Source: Octopus sinensis
Taxonomy: Eukaryota
NCBI RefSeq assembly: GCF_006345805.1
Contig: NC_043011.1
Span: forward strand, 52,712,464-52,776,463
Direction: 5' to 3'
DNA: 64,000 nt
This document shows, one piece after another, positions 1-13,250 of the stretch. The notes below the pieces were generated by a model that had not been told where the DNA came from, searched no databases, and was given only the letters and a program-made list of their open reading frames with translations. The translations under genes and the position numbers were made by a program. Every line of letters begins with the position of its first letter. Position 1 is the first letter of the stretch.

Positions 1-823
1 CTGAACAAAAAATAAGTACTGGGGTTGATTCATTCGACTAAAAAAAATATTCTTCAAGGTGGTACCCCAGTATGGCCACAATCTAATGACTGAAACAAGT
101 ATAAGATAAAGATATCATTACATCCTCTTGTGCATCTTTTATTTATGATGACAGATATTATCTGATAGAAATTTGCCTGCTGGCCCTGTCAAGTTCAGTG
201 ACCTGTAGAGGCTTCCTCGTGGCTCAAATCAAACGTATTTATAGATGAAACTGTTTTATGGTTATAAAAGCCTACACCCCGAGTTGAGTTGGATCCCAGA
301 TAGATGGTGTTACTTAAATGCTCTAGTTATTTTTACTTGTGTAATGAATATCATAGAAGTAAGTAGTTAAATGTTCAGTGATGTTATGTATTTTGTCATG
401 TCGTATTTGGTTGTGTGGTATTTACCGTATAAGGGGTGTTGTATGCTTGTCTGGTGATGTTGTTAACATGTCTTGTGTAGTAATTAAGGTATAGGTTTTG
501 CTGTCTAGTCTCTAATAATTAGAAGCTGTTGTTGGCAAAATAAACTTGGCTAGTGTAGAACATCTTTAATTTGGTAGTATTTATTAGATTGTGGTTAATT
601 AATCCTAAACGTCTCTAGAATCACATCTTTCCATCCGTAGACAATGATAATAACCTCCCAGTTGTAGATTCTTCTCAGACCACACTTCATTCATATTGTA
701 TTGTTAACGTTGTGTTTCACTGCTGTGCCCAATTTTATCTGATTTACAACATTAACCAAAATATACTTGAAGCATCAAGAGTATCACACAAAGTCAGAAG
801 TGAAGTACTATAATGATTCCATC

Positions 824-1612
824 CTATCTATCTATCTAACCGCTCAGTCGAAGTTGACTCTCGGTTACTCGTTGGATCAGTATCCTCCAGTCAGTTCTAT
901 CCTGGGCCACTTCTTTCAGATTGGCTATGTCCATTCCGGTATCACCCTTGATGGTGTCAAGCAGGCGGGTTCTTGGTTGGCCTCTTCCTCTCTTGCCACT
1001 GACCATTCCGAGCATGATGTCCTTCGTGTCCTCCAGTCAGTTCTATCCTGGGCCACTTCTTTCAGATTGGCTATGTCCATTCTGGTATCACTCTTGATGG
1101 TGTCAAGCCAGCGGGTTCTTGGTCGGCTTCTTCCTCTCTTGCCACTGACCATTCCGAGCATGATGTCCTTCGTGTCCTCCAGTCAGTTCTATCCTGGGCC
1201 GCTTCTTTCAGATTGGCTATGTCCATTCTGGTATCACTCTTGATGGTGTCAAGCCAGCGGGTTCTCGGTCGGCCTCTTCCTCTCTTGCCACTGACCATTC
1301 CGAGCATGATGTCCTTCGTGTCCTCCAGTCAGTTCTATCCTGGGCCACTTCTTTCAGATTGGCTATGTCCATTCTGGTATCACTCTTGATGGTGTCAAGC
1401 CAGCGGGTTCTCGGTCGGCTTCTTCCTCTCTTGCCACTGACCATTCCGAGCATGATGTCCTTCGTGTCCTCCAGTCAGTTCTATCCTGGACCGCTTCTTT
1501 CAGATTGGCTATGTCCATTCTGGTATCACTCTTGATGGTGTCAAGCCAGCGGGTTCTCGGTCGGCCTCTTCCTCTCTTGCCACTGACCATTCCGAGCATG
1601 ATGTCCTTCTCC
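824..1612 (-). mobile_element. RTE/BovB-like LINE 3' end with a 146-bp segment repeated 5 times in tandem
   Basis: Minus-strand peptide MLGMVSGKRGRGRPRTRWLDTIKSDT...DRTDWR in each unit. Units start at 883, 1029, 1175, 1321 and 1467; (TAGA)n tail near 824-838; same family as 47828-48270. Confidence 0.9.
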
Positions 1613-2179
1613 TTTACAGGACAGAAATCGATGATAGAGGAAGAGATTAGAGTTTTTTCCTTTACATTATAGACTTCCTCACTTTCTTCTAAATGAATGT
1701 CAACAAGATTAGTGCAATTTATGTAATGTTGCATGCTTCAGGACTGGATGACCAATGCAGTCTTATGTGGTACAGTCATCATTTAACATTCGTTTTCCAT
1801 GCTGGCATGGGTTGGTTTGATGGGCTGGCTAGGTAGAAGACTGCACCAGGTTTGACTCTTTTGGCAGGGTTTTTCCAGCTGGATGTCCTTCCTAACACCA
1901 GCCACCTTACAGGGTGGACTAAGTCATACAGGAAATTAAGAGACAATATGTATAATTCGAACAGAAGCTGTAAAACTACTGACCTATTAGGTTTACAGTA
2001 GCTTCTTCCAGCTCTTTACCCTTCCACCCCTACTGTTTCCTTACATTGTTGTTATTCCGCTCCCACCTGTCTCTATCCTTTTATTCCATCTTCCCTTGTA
2101 TTTTCTGCTCTTGTAACATAGCTGGCTTCATAAAACAACCTTTTTTTTTTGGAAAGATAAACAAAAGTAGTTCTCAAAA

Positions 2180-2900
2180 TTTCTAACACTGACAAATTCT
2201 TGTCACCAAATCATCAACATAGCCAATGATGTTTACTTGTTTACCAGTGCCAAATATATAAATTGTGGCTACATCTGGCAATGACACTGAAGTGTTTGTG
2301 ATATCAAATTGATTTTGGTACATTTTCTGACCTGAATATGGATATAATAAAAAAAAAAATAAAAAAAAAAAAGAGAGAGAGAGAATGTGATATTGTCTGA
2401 AGGGTGGCAACAGATTTGTGGTCTTATGAATTCTTGGTGGATCAGCTTTTGACTTGTGACAGACGATTGTGGTTCCACTGAACTAAATCAATGATCAGGA
2501 ACTAATCACAGTTGAGTTTAATAGAATTTTGGACCCTAAATCTGCATTTAACACTTTATTCTGCTTCTTTTGCAGAATAATATTGCTCTAGAAGACCACC
2601 CTCTTATCTCTCTCAGTGTTTCCCAACAAGCCAACACTTTGAACTGAATGATAAATGATCTCCTACAGTCTGAGAGGTGGTGGTTATTGATTTTGAAGAC
2701 GATAGGTATTTGATAGGAATAAATGACTAGAGAAAGTTCTAGCAAAAAAGAATTACCTTCATATTGTTTGGTGGAAGCTCTTGGGTGAGTGCCATGTTGT
2801 GGATGAAGAGATGATGTTTCAAAATTTGATACATATCCAACAAGCAGAAAGGAGAGCTGATTGTGTTTGTAATATGAAGATTGTAATGAGATGTTACTGG
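2180..2900 (-). mobile_element. Ancient degenerate non-LTR reverse transcriptase remnant
   Basis: Scattered motifs in the expected order on the minus strand: QHGTHPRAST (cf. QxGFRxGRST), then IIGYVDDLV (cf. YADDL). Confidence 0.4.
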
Positions 2901-3197
2901 AGGTACGCACAACAAAGGCAGACTGACAGACTTTAAAAGTGGTAGTTTGGTCTGTAGTGAAAAATGTTCTGTATCACAGATAAGATGCTAGTAGTTCAAA
3001 AGACTGCAAACATACACAATTCTTGTTGGCTAGCTACCACCTTCTCTCAAACACTCTTGATTTGTCTCTCTTTATCTCGTTACCCATATGTCTGACCACT
3101 ATACCCATTCCCCCCCCCCCCAGAACATCAGCCCTCTGGAACTCTCTTCCTGCAGAAACATTAGCAGCCTTAGTCTTACTAGTCTTGAAGGGCTTAA

Positions 3198-3418
3198 CCC
3201 TTTAGTGTTTGCATTATTCTGCCAAAATTAATCCTTTTTCATCCACATTGTTTTGAACTAATCATGCATTATCTTGTAGTTATGAGATTTTGATGAGGTA
3301 GCTGTTAATTTTTAAAACGATATTGTAGGGTTGGTGTGAGAGACCAGATATGGCCAGTTTGAACATAAAACAGGCAGAATACTTTTGGCCGGATATGGCC
3401 GGTTTAAATGCTAAAGGG
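3198..3418. mobile_element. TTAA-target (piggyBac-like) MITE, family A, 221 bp
   Basis: CCCTTTAG...CTAAAGGG termini with TTAA on both sides. Further copies at about 11413-11570, 17000-17147, 26214-26435, 26910-27128, 27389-27609, 32254-32472, 34686-35107, 47680-48351, 59060-59260 and 63760-63965. Confidence 0.85.
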
Positions 3419-5149
3419 TTAAAGCACTGCTGCTTTTTCCAGAAATGGAAAGTAAAAATTAAAAAAGAAAGAAAAGGTGTTAAAATGGTTGGTGAATATG
3501 ATTGTTAAGTAGTGAAGTGTTTTTAGTGTTACAGAGCAGCTGGTGCATTTAATAGAAGTGGTTCTAGTTGCAATGGGAGGAAAGGACTGTGTCATTGTTC
3601 TTTGCAGGCCCTTGAAATAGATATTCAATGTAAAGGCTGTAACTTAGTGCATATGTAGAGGGAATTCAAGCGGTCAATATTTTGGGGATGAAAAGTGGGG
3701 CCTAGGTAGAGATGGTATGCAAGTAGCTAGCTCTGGTGAGCAGAGACTCTTGTAGTAGCTTTGGAAAAGGCAAAGTGAGGAGACTGCCATACAGTGGGAC
3801 TGAACCTGGGACCATGTGGTTGGGAAGCAAGCTTCTTACCATGCAGCCACGCCTGTGCTTTTATTGTATTGTATTGTAGAAGTATAACCAATTTATTGCA
3901 CATAAATTCTAACAACAAAATCTTATATGAACCCCAACTGAGAACCACTGATTTTGATGAGTTTAAATCATGAAGTTTACATTGTAAAAGTAGAGTAGGC
4001 CTCAGGAAGGTTGGTATCAAAAGAGTTAAATGCGATGAACATGTGTTGGACTTGGATGAGATGGAGTTTACCTAAGATATTTTTGTACTAAACATTGTGA
4101 AAAGATTTACTAGCATAAACCGAGACACAACCACCTATCATCTTATCTCCTCTGACATGGTGACTGTATAATAATGAGGGTACTGTTTCCTGTAAACTTC
4201 TACATCTGTGGTTGCTATAGCAAACTTAATTCTTGTATGCTTGACACTGATCAAATATATTGATTATAGAGTAAATAAGGTCAGTTATGCATTAAAACAG
4301 CTGGTTCATTAGATTGCTCCACCTGTGATGGTATAGCTAGATTTCTGTATACTGTGTCACTTCTTAATATAATGAGGTGGTCAAATAAATGTTAAGAAAA
4401 CACTGATCATCTGCTAAATGTCTGTTACTTTTGAGGTTGTAACCCTTGAGATGAAAAATCACAAGTGATTGGAAACCTTCTCCAGCATGACTTATACAAT
4501 GGCAATCCTGTATTTATCTTCTTTTAGAACCCTATTTTGACTGTCTACATCTTATTCCTCCCCTGCAAGATGGTGCTATGTCATAACAATTATACATAGT
4601 TTATTAATTGATAAAAACAACAGATCATCATCATCATCGTTTAATGTCTGTTTTCCATGCTAGCATGGGTTGGACTTGTAAGTGTAAAACAATAAATGAT
4701 GCAAGAGGGACAAAATCACCCATAGACTTACCTCTAAAGACATCATCATTTAACGTCCATTTCCTGTGCTGTCATGTGTCGGACGGTTTGACAAGAGCTG
4801 GCAAGCCAGAGGACTACACCAGGCTTTACTGTCTGTTTTCGGATGGTTTTTATGGCTGGATGCCCTTCTTAATGCCAGCCACTTTACAGAGCGGCCTGGG
4901 AGCTTTCTACATTGCTCCAGGTGCATGAGTAGGGAGTGGGGAATGCAGTGACTGGTAAAACCTGGATATATAGAAGAGGTGGCGGGGGACAAAATAGCAA
5001 TGATACAGTGGGGAGGGAGAGATAAGCATAAGCATAGTGCATGAAAAAGAGGAAATGAGAAGAGAAGAGATGTAGTTTGGTTGATTGGAGTAAGGGTGTG
5101 TGGAAAAATTTTCTCGTTACATATGGGTGGAATGCACAGCACTTTCAGA

Positions 5150-5646
5150 ACTCACTTTCACTGAAGTGGGTGGGTCTTCTCAAGATTCTCACATTGCCAG
5201 ACATCTTGATCCATTGTCATCTTCTCCATGAGGCCCAACATCCTGAGATCAGTCTCACTACATCCCATGTCTTCCTGGGCCTCTCACTTTCACATCCTTT
5301 TTAAGTGATCAGCACTTCTTTATACAGCCATCTTCATATGCATCATATGTCTAAACCAATGTAGTCTTCTCTCTTGCATGTTTTATTTGATTCCTCTTAT
5401 GTCCAAGATATTTGCACTTTTGTCTTACATGCACACGGCTGTTGCATATCCATCAGAGCATACTAGCTTCATATTCAGGGCCCATGTCTCACTACCGTGG
5501 AGTGTAGCCATTCGCACACAAGCATCATACAATCTGCCTTTCACTCTGAGTGAGAGTCCTTTTGTTGCCAACAGAGGTAATAGCTCTCTGAACTTCCTCC
5601 ATCCTATTCTTATTCTAGCAACAATACTTTCAGAATATGATTCACC
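5150..5646 (-). mobile_element. RTE-clade LINE ORF2 C-terminal fragment
   Basis: Homologous to 12280-12860. The minus strand encodes ARIRIGWRKFRELLPLLATKGLSLRVKGRLYDACVRMATLHGSETW-like sequence. Confidence 0.75.
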
Positions 5647-7099
5647 AAAAACTAGAAATTATACTAGAGAGAGGTGGTGGTGGTGGTGGTGGTGGGGTTA
5701 GATTTCACATAAAATGAATGAATCTTTTGTGTTCTCTTATCAGTATTTCCTATTAAAGTTTAGTTCTTCATGACCTTTTGCATTGAAAACTGGTGGGTTT
5801 TATCTGCTTTTTCTACTTTATCTTATCTATTTGCTCTTGACTTCTTTTTAAGAGATCAGGTTGAGTGAGGCAGTTTATTATCATCATAATTTAATGTCTG
5901 TGTTCCATGCTGGCATGGGTTTGGCGGTTTGATAAGATCTAGTGTGTCTCAGGATTGCATCATATTCCAGTGTCTCTTTTGGTAAGGTTTCTGTGGCTGG
6001 ATGCACTTCCTAATTCTAACCAGTTTACAGCATGTACTGGGTGCCTTCTTTCATGCCACTGGCACAAGTGATGGTACCATTCAGTTTGCAAGACTACAAA
6101 AACTGAAAGGGTGTAGGTAGCCTTATGCTTGATAAGAGTTAGAGTATGAGAGGAGGGGATAAGGAAGAGTGGATTCTTGTTGCGGAGGGGCTATATGTTT
6201 CCCTTCTTTTTAAAAATCTAATCTTGTGTTATGAGAAGAGATATTTCCCATAGGATTTATGGACTCAGGAGGTTGAGAAATGATTCAGTCAGACTGATGT
6301 TGTAGGTAACTAGAAGATTAACATATTGTGAAGGTATGTAGGAATAATTTCAACATGAACATATGTTAGAAAAAGATGAATAGGCAAGAAATGTGTGATG
6401 GCTGAAGGATTGTTAACATAAGAAAAAAGCAATATCAACGCAAGTGGCTATAAAAATGTGTTTATGATGACAAAGCTAGAATAATGTAATGTTTAATGCA
6501 AGGCTGTGAAAGACTAATGTCTTGGAGAAACAGAGACTCTGTAATGTTCTTACATTGAGGGAAAGAGATTGCATGTTGGCCTTTGTAATGGTGCAATATC
6601 GGCAGTTTGTGTTTTCAAATTGTCACTTGTCAATGGGCAGAGATTTCAGACTTTAGAAGCTCTCTCTTTATCTGTACAGTCATCACATTTCCTCGCATTT
6701 GTAGTCTGGTTCTTAAAATTAAGGTATTCACAAGAAACAGTCCATTTTCCTACGGTTAGGTGTCTAAAATGATGTTTCACCTTTTATGAAAGAGAATCTT
6801 ACTTTCAGATTTTGTCTGTTTAACCAAGTATGTCTCAGCCCATGGACTTCCTTTCATTCCCATTTTACTCAGATAGATCCTCCTAACTATTCAATGTTAA
6901 GAAAATCCTGTTATATTTTTATAATTGAATATTATTAGGAATTGTATAAAATTAACAATTAAAATATTTTGTGTATATTAGAATTATAACCAATTTATAG
7001 CATATAAACTTTAACAACAAAATCTTCTGTGGATCCCGGTTGAGAACCACTGGTTTAAAATAGGATTTCATTTTGTTAATTGTATAGGAATATTGTATA

Positions 7100-7492
7100 G
7101 CGCAGGAGTGGCTGTGTGGTAAGTAGCTTGCTAACCAACCACATGCTTCCGGGTCAGTCCCACTGCGTGGCATCTTGGGCAAGTGTCTTCTGCTATAGCC
7201 CCGGGCCGACCAATGCCTTGTGAGTGGATTTGGTTGACGGAAACTGAAAGAAGCCTGTCGTATATATGTATATATATATATATGTGTATGTGTGTGTCTG
7301 TGTTTGTCCCCCTGGCATTGCTTGACAACCGATGCTGGTGTGTTTACGTCCCCGTAACTTAGCGGTTCGCCAAAAGAGACTGATAGAATAAGTACTGGGC
7401 TTACAAAGAATAAGTCCCGGGGTCGATTTGCTCGACTAAAGGCGGTGCTCCAGCATGACCGCAGTCAAAATGACTGACACAAGTAAAAGAGT
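7100..7492 (+). mobile_element. tRNA-derived SINE (octopus-type) with a central (TA)n(TG)n tract
   Basis: Head GCAGGAGTGGCTGTGTGGTAAG...GGTTCAGTCC with A/B-box-like motifs, tail GACTGAAACAAGTAAAAGAG. Many near-identical copies in the window. Confidence 0.85.
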
Positions 7493-7917
7493 ATGATATA
7501 TCTGCTCAATCCTGAAGTGCTAGGGGTTCTGAGGGAGTCAATGCTATTATTTTTTAGTTTCATTATCGTTGAGCAAATGATGGCAGTAAGCTGGCAGAGT
7601 CATTAATTAGCATGCTGGACAAAAAGTACCATCTGAGCAATGGGGTCGATGTAATCAGCTAACCCTTCTCCCCAAAACTGCAAGCCTTCTGCTAAGTTTT
7701 GAAACCATTAAGCAAAGGAATCAGAAAGGCTTGATGATAAGAAACAGTTTTTTTGCTTGCCATTTTCCTTGCGAGTCCTCTGGAATTAAACCGAAAACAA
7801 GCACTACAACCACTATAAGAATGTTTAAACATAACAGAACAATGGGCACGACAAGCCCTGACTATCAACCTTGCATCAAGCTAACTGAATAGAAATCACA
7901 TGAAATCAATTCTTGAA

Positions 7918-8099
7918 GGTGCAGGAGTGGCTGTGTGGTAAGTAGCTTGCTTACCAACCACATGGTTCCGGGTTCAGTCCCACTGCGTGGCATCTTGGGC
8001 AAGTGTCTTCTGCTATAGCCCCGGGCCGACCAATGCCTTGTGAGTGGATTTGGTAGATGGGAGCTGAAAGAAGCCTGTCGTATATATATATATATATTA

Positions 8100-8132
<33 letters not shown>

Positions 8133-8760
8133 GTATGTGTGTGTGTGTGTGTGTTTGTCCCTCTAGCATTGCTTGACAACCGATGCTGGTGTGTTTACGT
8201 CCCCGTCACTTAGCGGTTCGGCAAAAAAAAACCCAATAGAATAAGTACTGGGCTTACAAAGAATAAGTCCCGGGGTCGATTTGCTCGACTAAAGGCGGTG
8301 CTCCAGCATGGCTGCAGTCAAATGACTGAAACAAGTAAAAGAGTAAAGAGTAAGAGTGTAGTCCTAATTTGCAATTAAGCACTTAGAGCAGATACACTCA
8401 CACAACACATACTGAGCCTACAAAGCTCACTATGTGTTGTGTGTTCCTGCAGGCTCCACCTGCTAGAAATGACAACTAAATATCTTCCAAATCACACCCT
8501 TTCATCTTAAAAAATGCATATTTTGGATAGTGTGATTCTGGAACTCCTGCACATATGGAAAAGATGAGATTGTAACAACTGAAATTTCTTTTATCATAAA
8601 TCTGTTCCATTTTGACGTGGTAAGTAGCTTGTCTACCAACCACATGGTTCCGGGTTCAGTCCCACTGCGTGGCACCCTGGGCAAGTGTCTTCTACTATAG
8701 CCTCGGGCCGACCAAAGCCTTGTGAGTGGATTTGGTAGACAGAAACTGAAAGAAGCCCGT

Positions 8761-8815
<55 letters not shown>

Positions 8816-9708
8816 GTATGTGTGTGTGTGTGTGTTTGTCCCTCTAGCATTGCTTGACAACCGATGCTGGTGTGTTTACGTCCCCGTCACTTAGCGGTTC
8901 GGCAAAAAAAAACCCAATAGAATAAGTACTGGGCTTACAAAGAATAAGTCCCGGGGTCGATTTGCTCGACTAAAGGCGGTGCTCCAGCATGGCTGCAGTC
9001 AAATGACTGAAACAAGTAAAAGAGTAAAGAGTAAGAGTGTAGTCCTAATTTGCAATTAAGCACTTAGAGCAGATACACTCACACAACACATACTGAGCCT
9101 ACAAAGCTCACTATGTGTTGTGTGTTCCTGCAGGCTCCACCTGCTAGAAATGACAACTAAATATCTTCCAAATCACACCCTTTCATCTTAAAAAATGCAT
9201 ATTTTGGATAGTGTGATTCTGGAACTCCTGCACATATGGAAAAGATGAGATTGTAACAACTGAAATTTCTTTTATCATAAATCTGTTCCATTTTGACGTG
9301 GTAAGTAGCTTGTCTACCAACCACATGGTTCCGGGTTCAGTCCCACTGCGTGGCACCCTGGGCAAGTGTCTTCTACTATAGCCTCGGGCCGACCAAAGCC
9401 TTGTGAGTGGATTTGGTAGACAGAAACTGAAAGAAGCCCGTTGTGTGTATATATATATATATATATTATATATATATATATATATATGCGTGTGTGTGTG
9501 TTTGTGTGTCTGTTTGTCCCCTAGCATTGCTTGACAACCGATGCTGGTGTGTTTATGTCCCCGTTACTTAGCGGTTCGGCAAAAGAGACCGATAGAATAA
9601 GTACTGGGCTTACAAAAGAATAAGTCCCGGGGTCGAGTTGTCGATTAAAAGGCGGTGCTCCAGCATGGCCACAGTCAAATGACTGAAACAAGTAATGAGT
9701 AAGAGTAT
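7918..9708 (+). mobile_element. Three tandem SINE copies (7918-8357, 8617-9038, 9298-9708) linked by a 681-bp duplication
   Basis: Same SINE family as 7100. The spacer 8358-8616 recurs at 9039-9297. Confidence 0.88.
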
Positions 9709-9718
9709 ATGATATTAA

Positions 9719-9937
9719 CCCTTTAGTTACCATATTTATTTTGAGATGCTGTGTTTCTTTCAATTAATTTTAGATATAACAAAGAATTTAGTAAACTAAC
9801 TTAGTTATCATTCAGCTAGAGTTAGGAACATAAATTGTGACTAAGGTTTGATGGAATATTTTAATTCAGAGCATTTGAAAACAAGACATTTGTACTCAGA
9901 GCCAGAGGCAGTTTCAGCCGGGTTGGTATCAAAAGGG
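9719..9937. mobile_element. TTAA-target MITE, family B (CCCTTTCGTTAC-type TIR), ~218 bp
   Basis: TTAA on both flanks. Reverse complement of the copies at 34871-35088 and 37031-37241. Confidence 0.85.
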
Positions 9938-10502
9938 TTAAACAACACATGCACTGACAAGGAAACCCAGGAAGACATGGGGCAAAGTACTGAAGGACGA
10001 CCTCGGGACACTGAACCTTTCAGAAGAGATGACAAAGGATCAAGATAGCTAGTGCCTTGCTGTACTCAAGTAGACTTGTCCTCCACAGCAGAAGTGTTAA
10101 GGCTGCTCCACCTGATGAAGGGGATTGGTCTGCAAGAGCCCTGAGCTGGTGCCATGTAAAAAGCACTCATGCTGGCACCACATAAATGTGCTTGTGCCGG
10201 TGCCACATTAAAAGTACCAACACACTGTAAGGTGTCAGGAAGGACATCCAGCCATAGAAACCATGCCAAATCAGACTGGAACATAGTGCAGCTCTCTGGC
10301 TTGCCAGCTCTGGTCAAATCGTCCAGCCCATGCCAGCATGGAAAGTGGATGTTAAATGATGATTTTACATTACAATTAGTAAACAATAGCAATACTACTT
10401 ACAGATATCCAACAGATTTATTTATATCTTAATCTAGCGTCATAAATGAAACCTCAAAGAGAGCAGTAACTCCAAATAAGAACTAACTTGGACTGTGAAA
10501 AT

Positions 10503-10632
10503 CCATCATCATCATCATTGTTCGACCATGGTCGAGACAATGGAATTTACCATGCTACGCCAGACTTCACGGTCCATCATGGCATTACGGAGGTCCTGTA
10601 TCCCTGGAGATTACATCAGGGTAGGAGAGTAG
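10503..10632 (-). mobile_element. Heavily 5'-truncated RTE-like LINE 3' end with (ATG)n tail
   Basis: Minus-strand LSYPDVISRDTG...LRNAMMDREVWRSMVNSIVSTMVEQ* followed by ATG repeats. Confidence 0.65.
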
Positions 10633-11055
10633 AAATTACCTCTTTTTCAGCTCTACAACAATGTCCAGCAAACTGCACAGCAGTATGGGTAGCAGTTGTA
10701 AAATGCTGATCATCATTTAGTTCTAATTAAATATTTAATGCTCACTACATTAAATATGCTAATTGTAACCTATTGTTTTTTTTGTTGTTTGTTTGTTTTT
10801 TTTCCACTGATTTGTTTTGTCAAACCTACACTGATAGTCGTCCATTTTGCTATTTTACTTGGTTGCTATGTAGGCCCAGACTAAATATAAACTAGTATTT
10901 TATAAGTGGTTGTTTGCTACACATCTGTGACCATGAAAAAAAATAGATTGACATAAAGTTTACTCGGCTTTATTTCTGTCATATATTAGATAAAATGTCA
11001 TTGTCTTAATCAACACTTTACTGCTTATTGTTCTAACGTTGTTTCATCTTTGCTT

Positions 11056-11058
<3 letters not shown>

Positions 11059-11132
<74 letters not shown>
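11059..11132. repeat. Compound (CT)n(AT)n microsatellite
   Basis: Seen directly in the sequence. Confidence 0.95.
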
Positions 11133-11139
<7 letters not shown>

Positions 11140-12029
11140 GCAGGTGGCACGTAAAAAGCACCCACTACACTCACGGAGTGGTTGGCATTAGGAAGGGCAT
11201 CCAGCCGTAGAAACACTGCCAGATCAGACTGGGCCTGGTGCAGCCTTCAGGCTTCCCAGACCCCAGTTGAACCGTTCAACCCATGCTAGCATGGAAAGTG
11301 GACGCTAAATGATGATGATGATATTTACTTTTCACAACTTTCCATTATATCCTAGTTTCTGTATTGAGTTGCTTGTTTAGTGGACTGTAACATATTTCAT
11401 TTCTATACGTTTAACTCTTTAGCATTTAAACCTGGCCATATCGGTCCAAATAGTCTACCTTTTTTTATGTATCACCTCGTTGAAATCTGAAAGATTTGTG
11501 ATTAATTCAAAACAATGTGAATAAAAAAGCATTCCTGTTGACAGAGTAATCTGAATGCTAAAAGGTTAATACTACATTTCATTCAGTCTAATAAACAAAG
11601 TGTCCTCAGGTACTCCTATTCTTACACATTTCTATAAACTGTGTTTGAGTTTTGAACCTGGGACTGAACACATAAAAGTCAGTTTGGTTTTTTTTTGTTT
11701 TTTCTTTTGTACTATTTAGCATCATCCCTTGAGATGGAACATTTTAAACTTTACTATATCCACATTATTTTGATTTGTTTGATCTCAGATCATTCCTAGG
11801 TAGGGTATCTTTTACTTGTTTCAGTCATTAAATTGTGACCATACTGGAGCATCACCTTGAGGAATTTTAGTTGAACCCTCCCCCCTACTTTTTTATGTGA
11901 TGTACTTATTCTATCAGTCTCTTTTGCCAAACTGCTAAGGGACATAAACACATCAACACTTGTTGTCAGGTGGTGGTGGGTGACAAATACAGATTTACAC
12001 ACATGCATACACACACACATATACACAAT

Positions 12030-13250
12030 CATCATCATCATTTAGCTTTTTGTTTACCATGCTAGCATGGATAAGACAGTTTGACTGGAACTAGTAAACC
12101 AGGGAGCTGTACCAAGCTCCAGTCTGATTTTTGGCTTGGTTTCTATGGCTGGATGCCCTTCCTAACATTAACCACTCCAAGAGTGTAGTGGGTGCCTTTT
12201 ACATATCACCAGCACTGTCCATGACTGTGCTTTCACTTGGCCTGACAAATCTTCACAAGTACAGCAAACTGCCAAAGGTCTCGATCATTTGTCATCACCT
12301 CCATGAGACCTATCATCTGAAGATCATGCTTCACCACCTCATCCCATGTCTTCCTGGGTCTACATCTTCCACAGGCTCCATCCACAGTTAATGATCAGCA
12401 CTTCCTTATGCAGCTGTCCTCGTCTATACACATCTTATGACCATACCAGCACAGTCTTCTCTCTTGCACACCACATCTGATGCCTCTTATGCCCAGTTTT
12501 TCTCTCAAGATGCCAACACTCTACCATACATGTACACTGACATTGCACATCCAGCAAAGCTTACTAGCTTCATTTCTTTCAAGCCTTCACTTGTCATCTG
12601 CAGTCATAGCTTATGTTTCACTGCTGTGTAACATGGCTGTCCACATACAGGCATCATACAAAATACCTTTTACTCAGAGGGAGAAACCCTTTGTTATCAA
12701 CAAAGTTAGAAGCTCTCTGAACTTTGCCCAGTCTATTCTTATTCTAGCAGCTATGCTCTCAAAACATCCACCTCCACTGCTGACTTGGTCACCCAGATAA
12801 CAGAAGCTATCAACTAATTCAAAATATTTCACCTGGCATTTGACAGAGTCTACTTTCTGTACATTTCTTATGTTTATTGTACCTGTACCCATCATACCCT
12901 GTTAACCTTCATATGATATTGCTGCACCTCTTATGTGTCCATAGCTTGCACTGGGTACACCTTATAGAGTTTCTATATATGCCTTCTTTACATATATCAT
13001 ATCAAGTAGGGCCATTGCCCTGAAGGGATTTGTGATTTGTCTGCTTTCCTACTTACTAAGACTTTGGTCTTTACTAAATTAACTCCAAGGCCCTTCGATT
13101 CCAAACCTTGTTTCCACAACTGAAATTTCTTCTCTTGTTCTGGTAGTGATTCAGCTATAAGAACAAGGTCGTCAGCATAAAGGAGCTCCCAGGAGCTGCC
13201 CACCTTAAATTCTTCTGTTATTGCCTGGTGGACTATGATGAGCAAGTCCT
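12030..13250 (-). mobile_element. RTE-clade LINE fragment: RT (YADD) region, C-terminus, 3' UTR and (ATG)n tail
   Basis: ORF 12997..13245 contains WELLYADDLVLIAES...GLESKGLGVNLVKTKVL. ORF 12674..12895 contains FCYLGDQVSSGGGC...ARIRIDWAKFREL. Stops and indels present. Confidence 0.9.

Noticed and set aside
767-1734. Cluster of 78-158 aa ORFs and a regular repeat that could be mistaken for a gene or CRISPR array
   Set aside because: The ORFs are frames of the 146-bp LINE concatemer. The units are contiguous with no unique spacers, and the DNA is eukaryotic.
2485-2510. Possible UPRT exon 1 candidates (INDQELIT at ~2490; RIDK|gtgaga at ~14318)
   Set aside because: No match to QIRELQT-like sequence; the second has an in-frame stop just upstream and the first lacks a phase-2 donor.
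7131-9527. Recurrent ORFs such as MSSNARGTNTHTHT...CPRCHAVGLNPEPCGW (also at 22248, 22855, 40790, 56916)
   Set aside because: Chance frames through one SINE family and its microsatellite; not a gene family.
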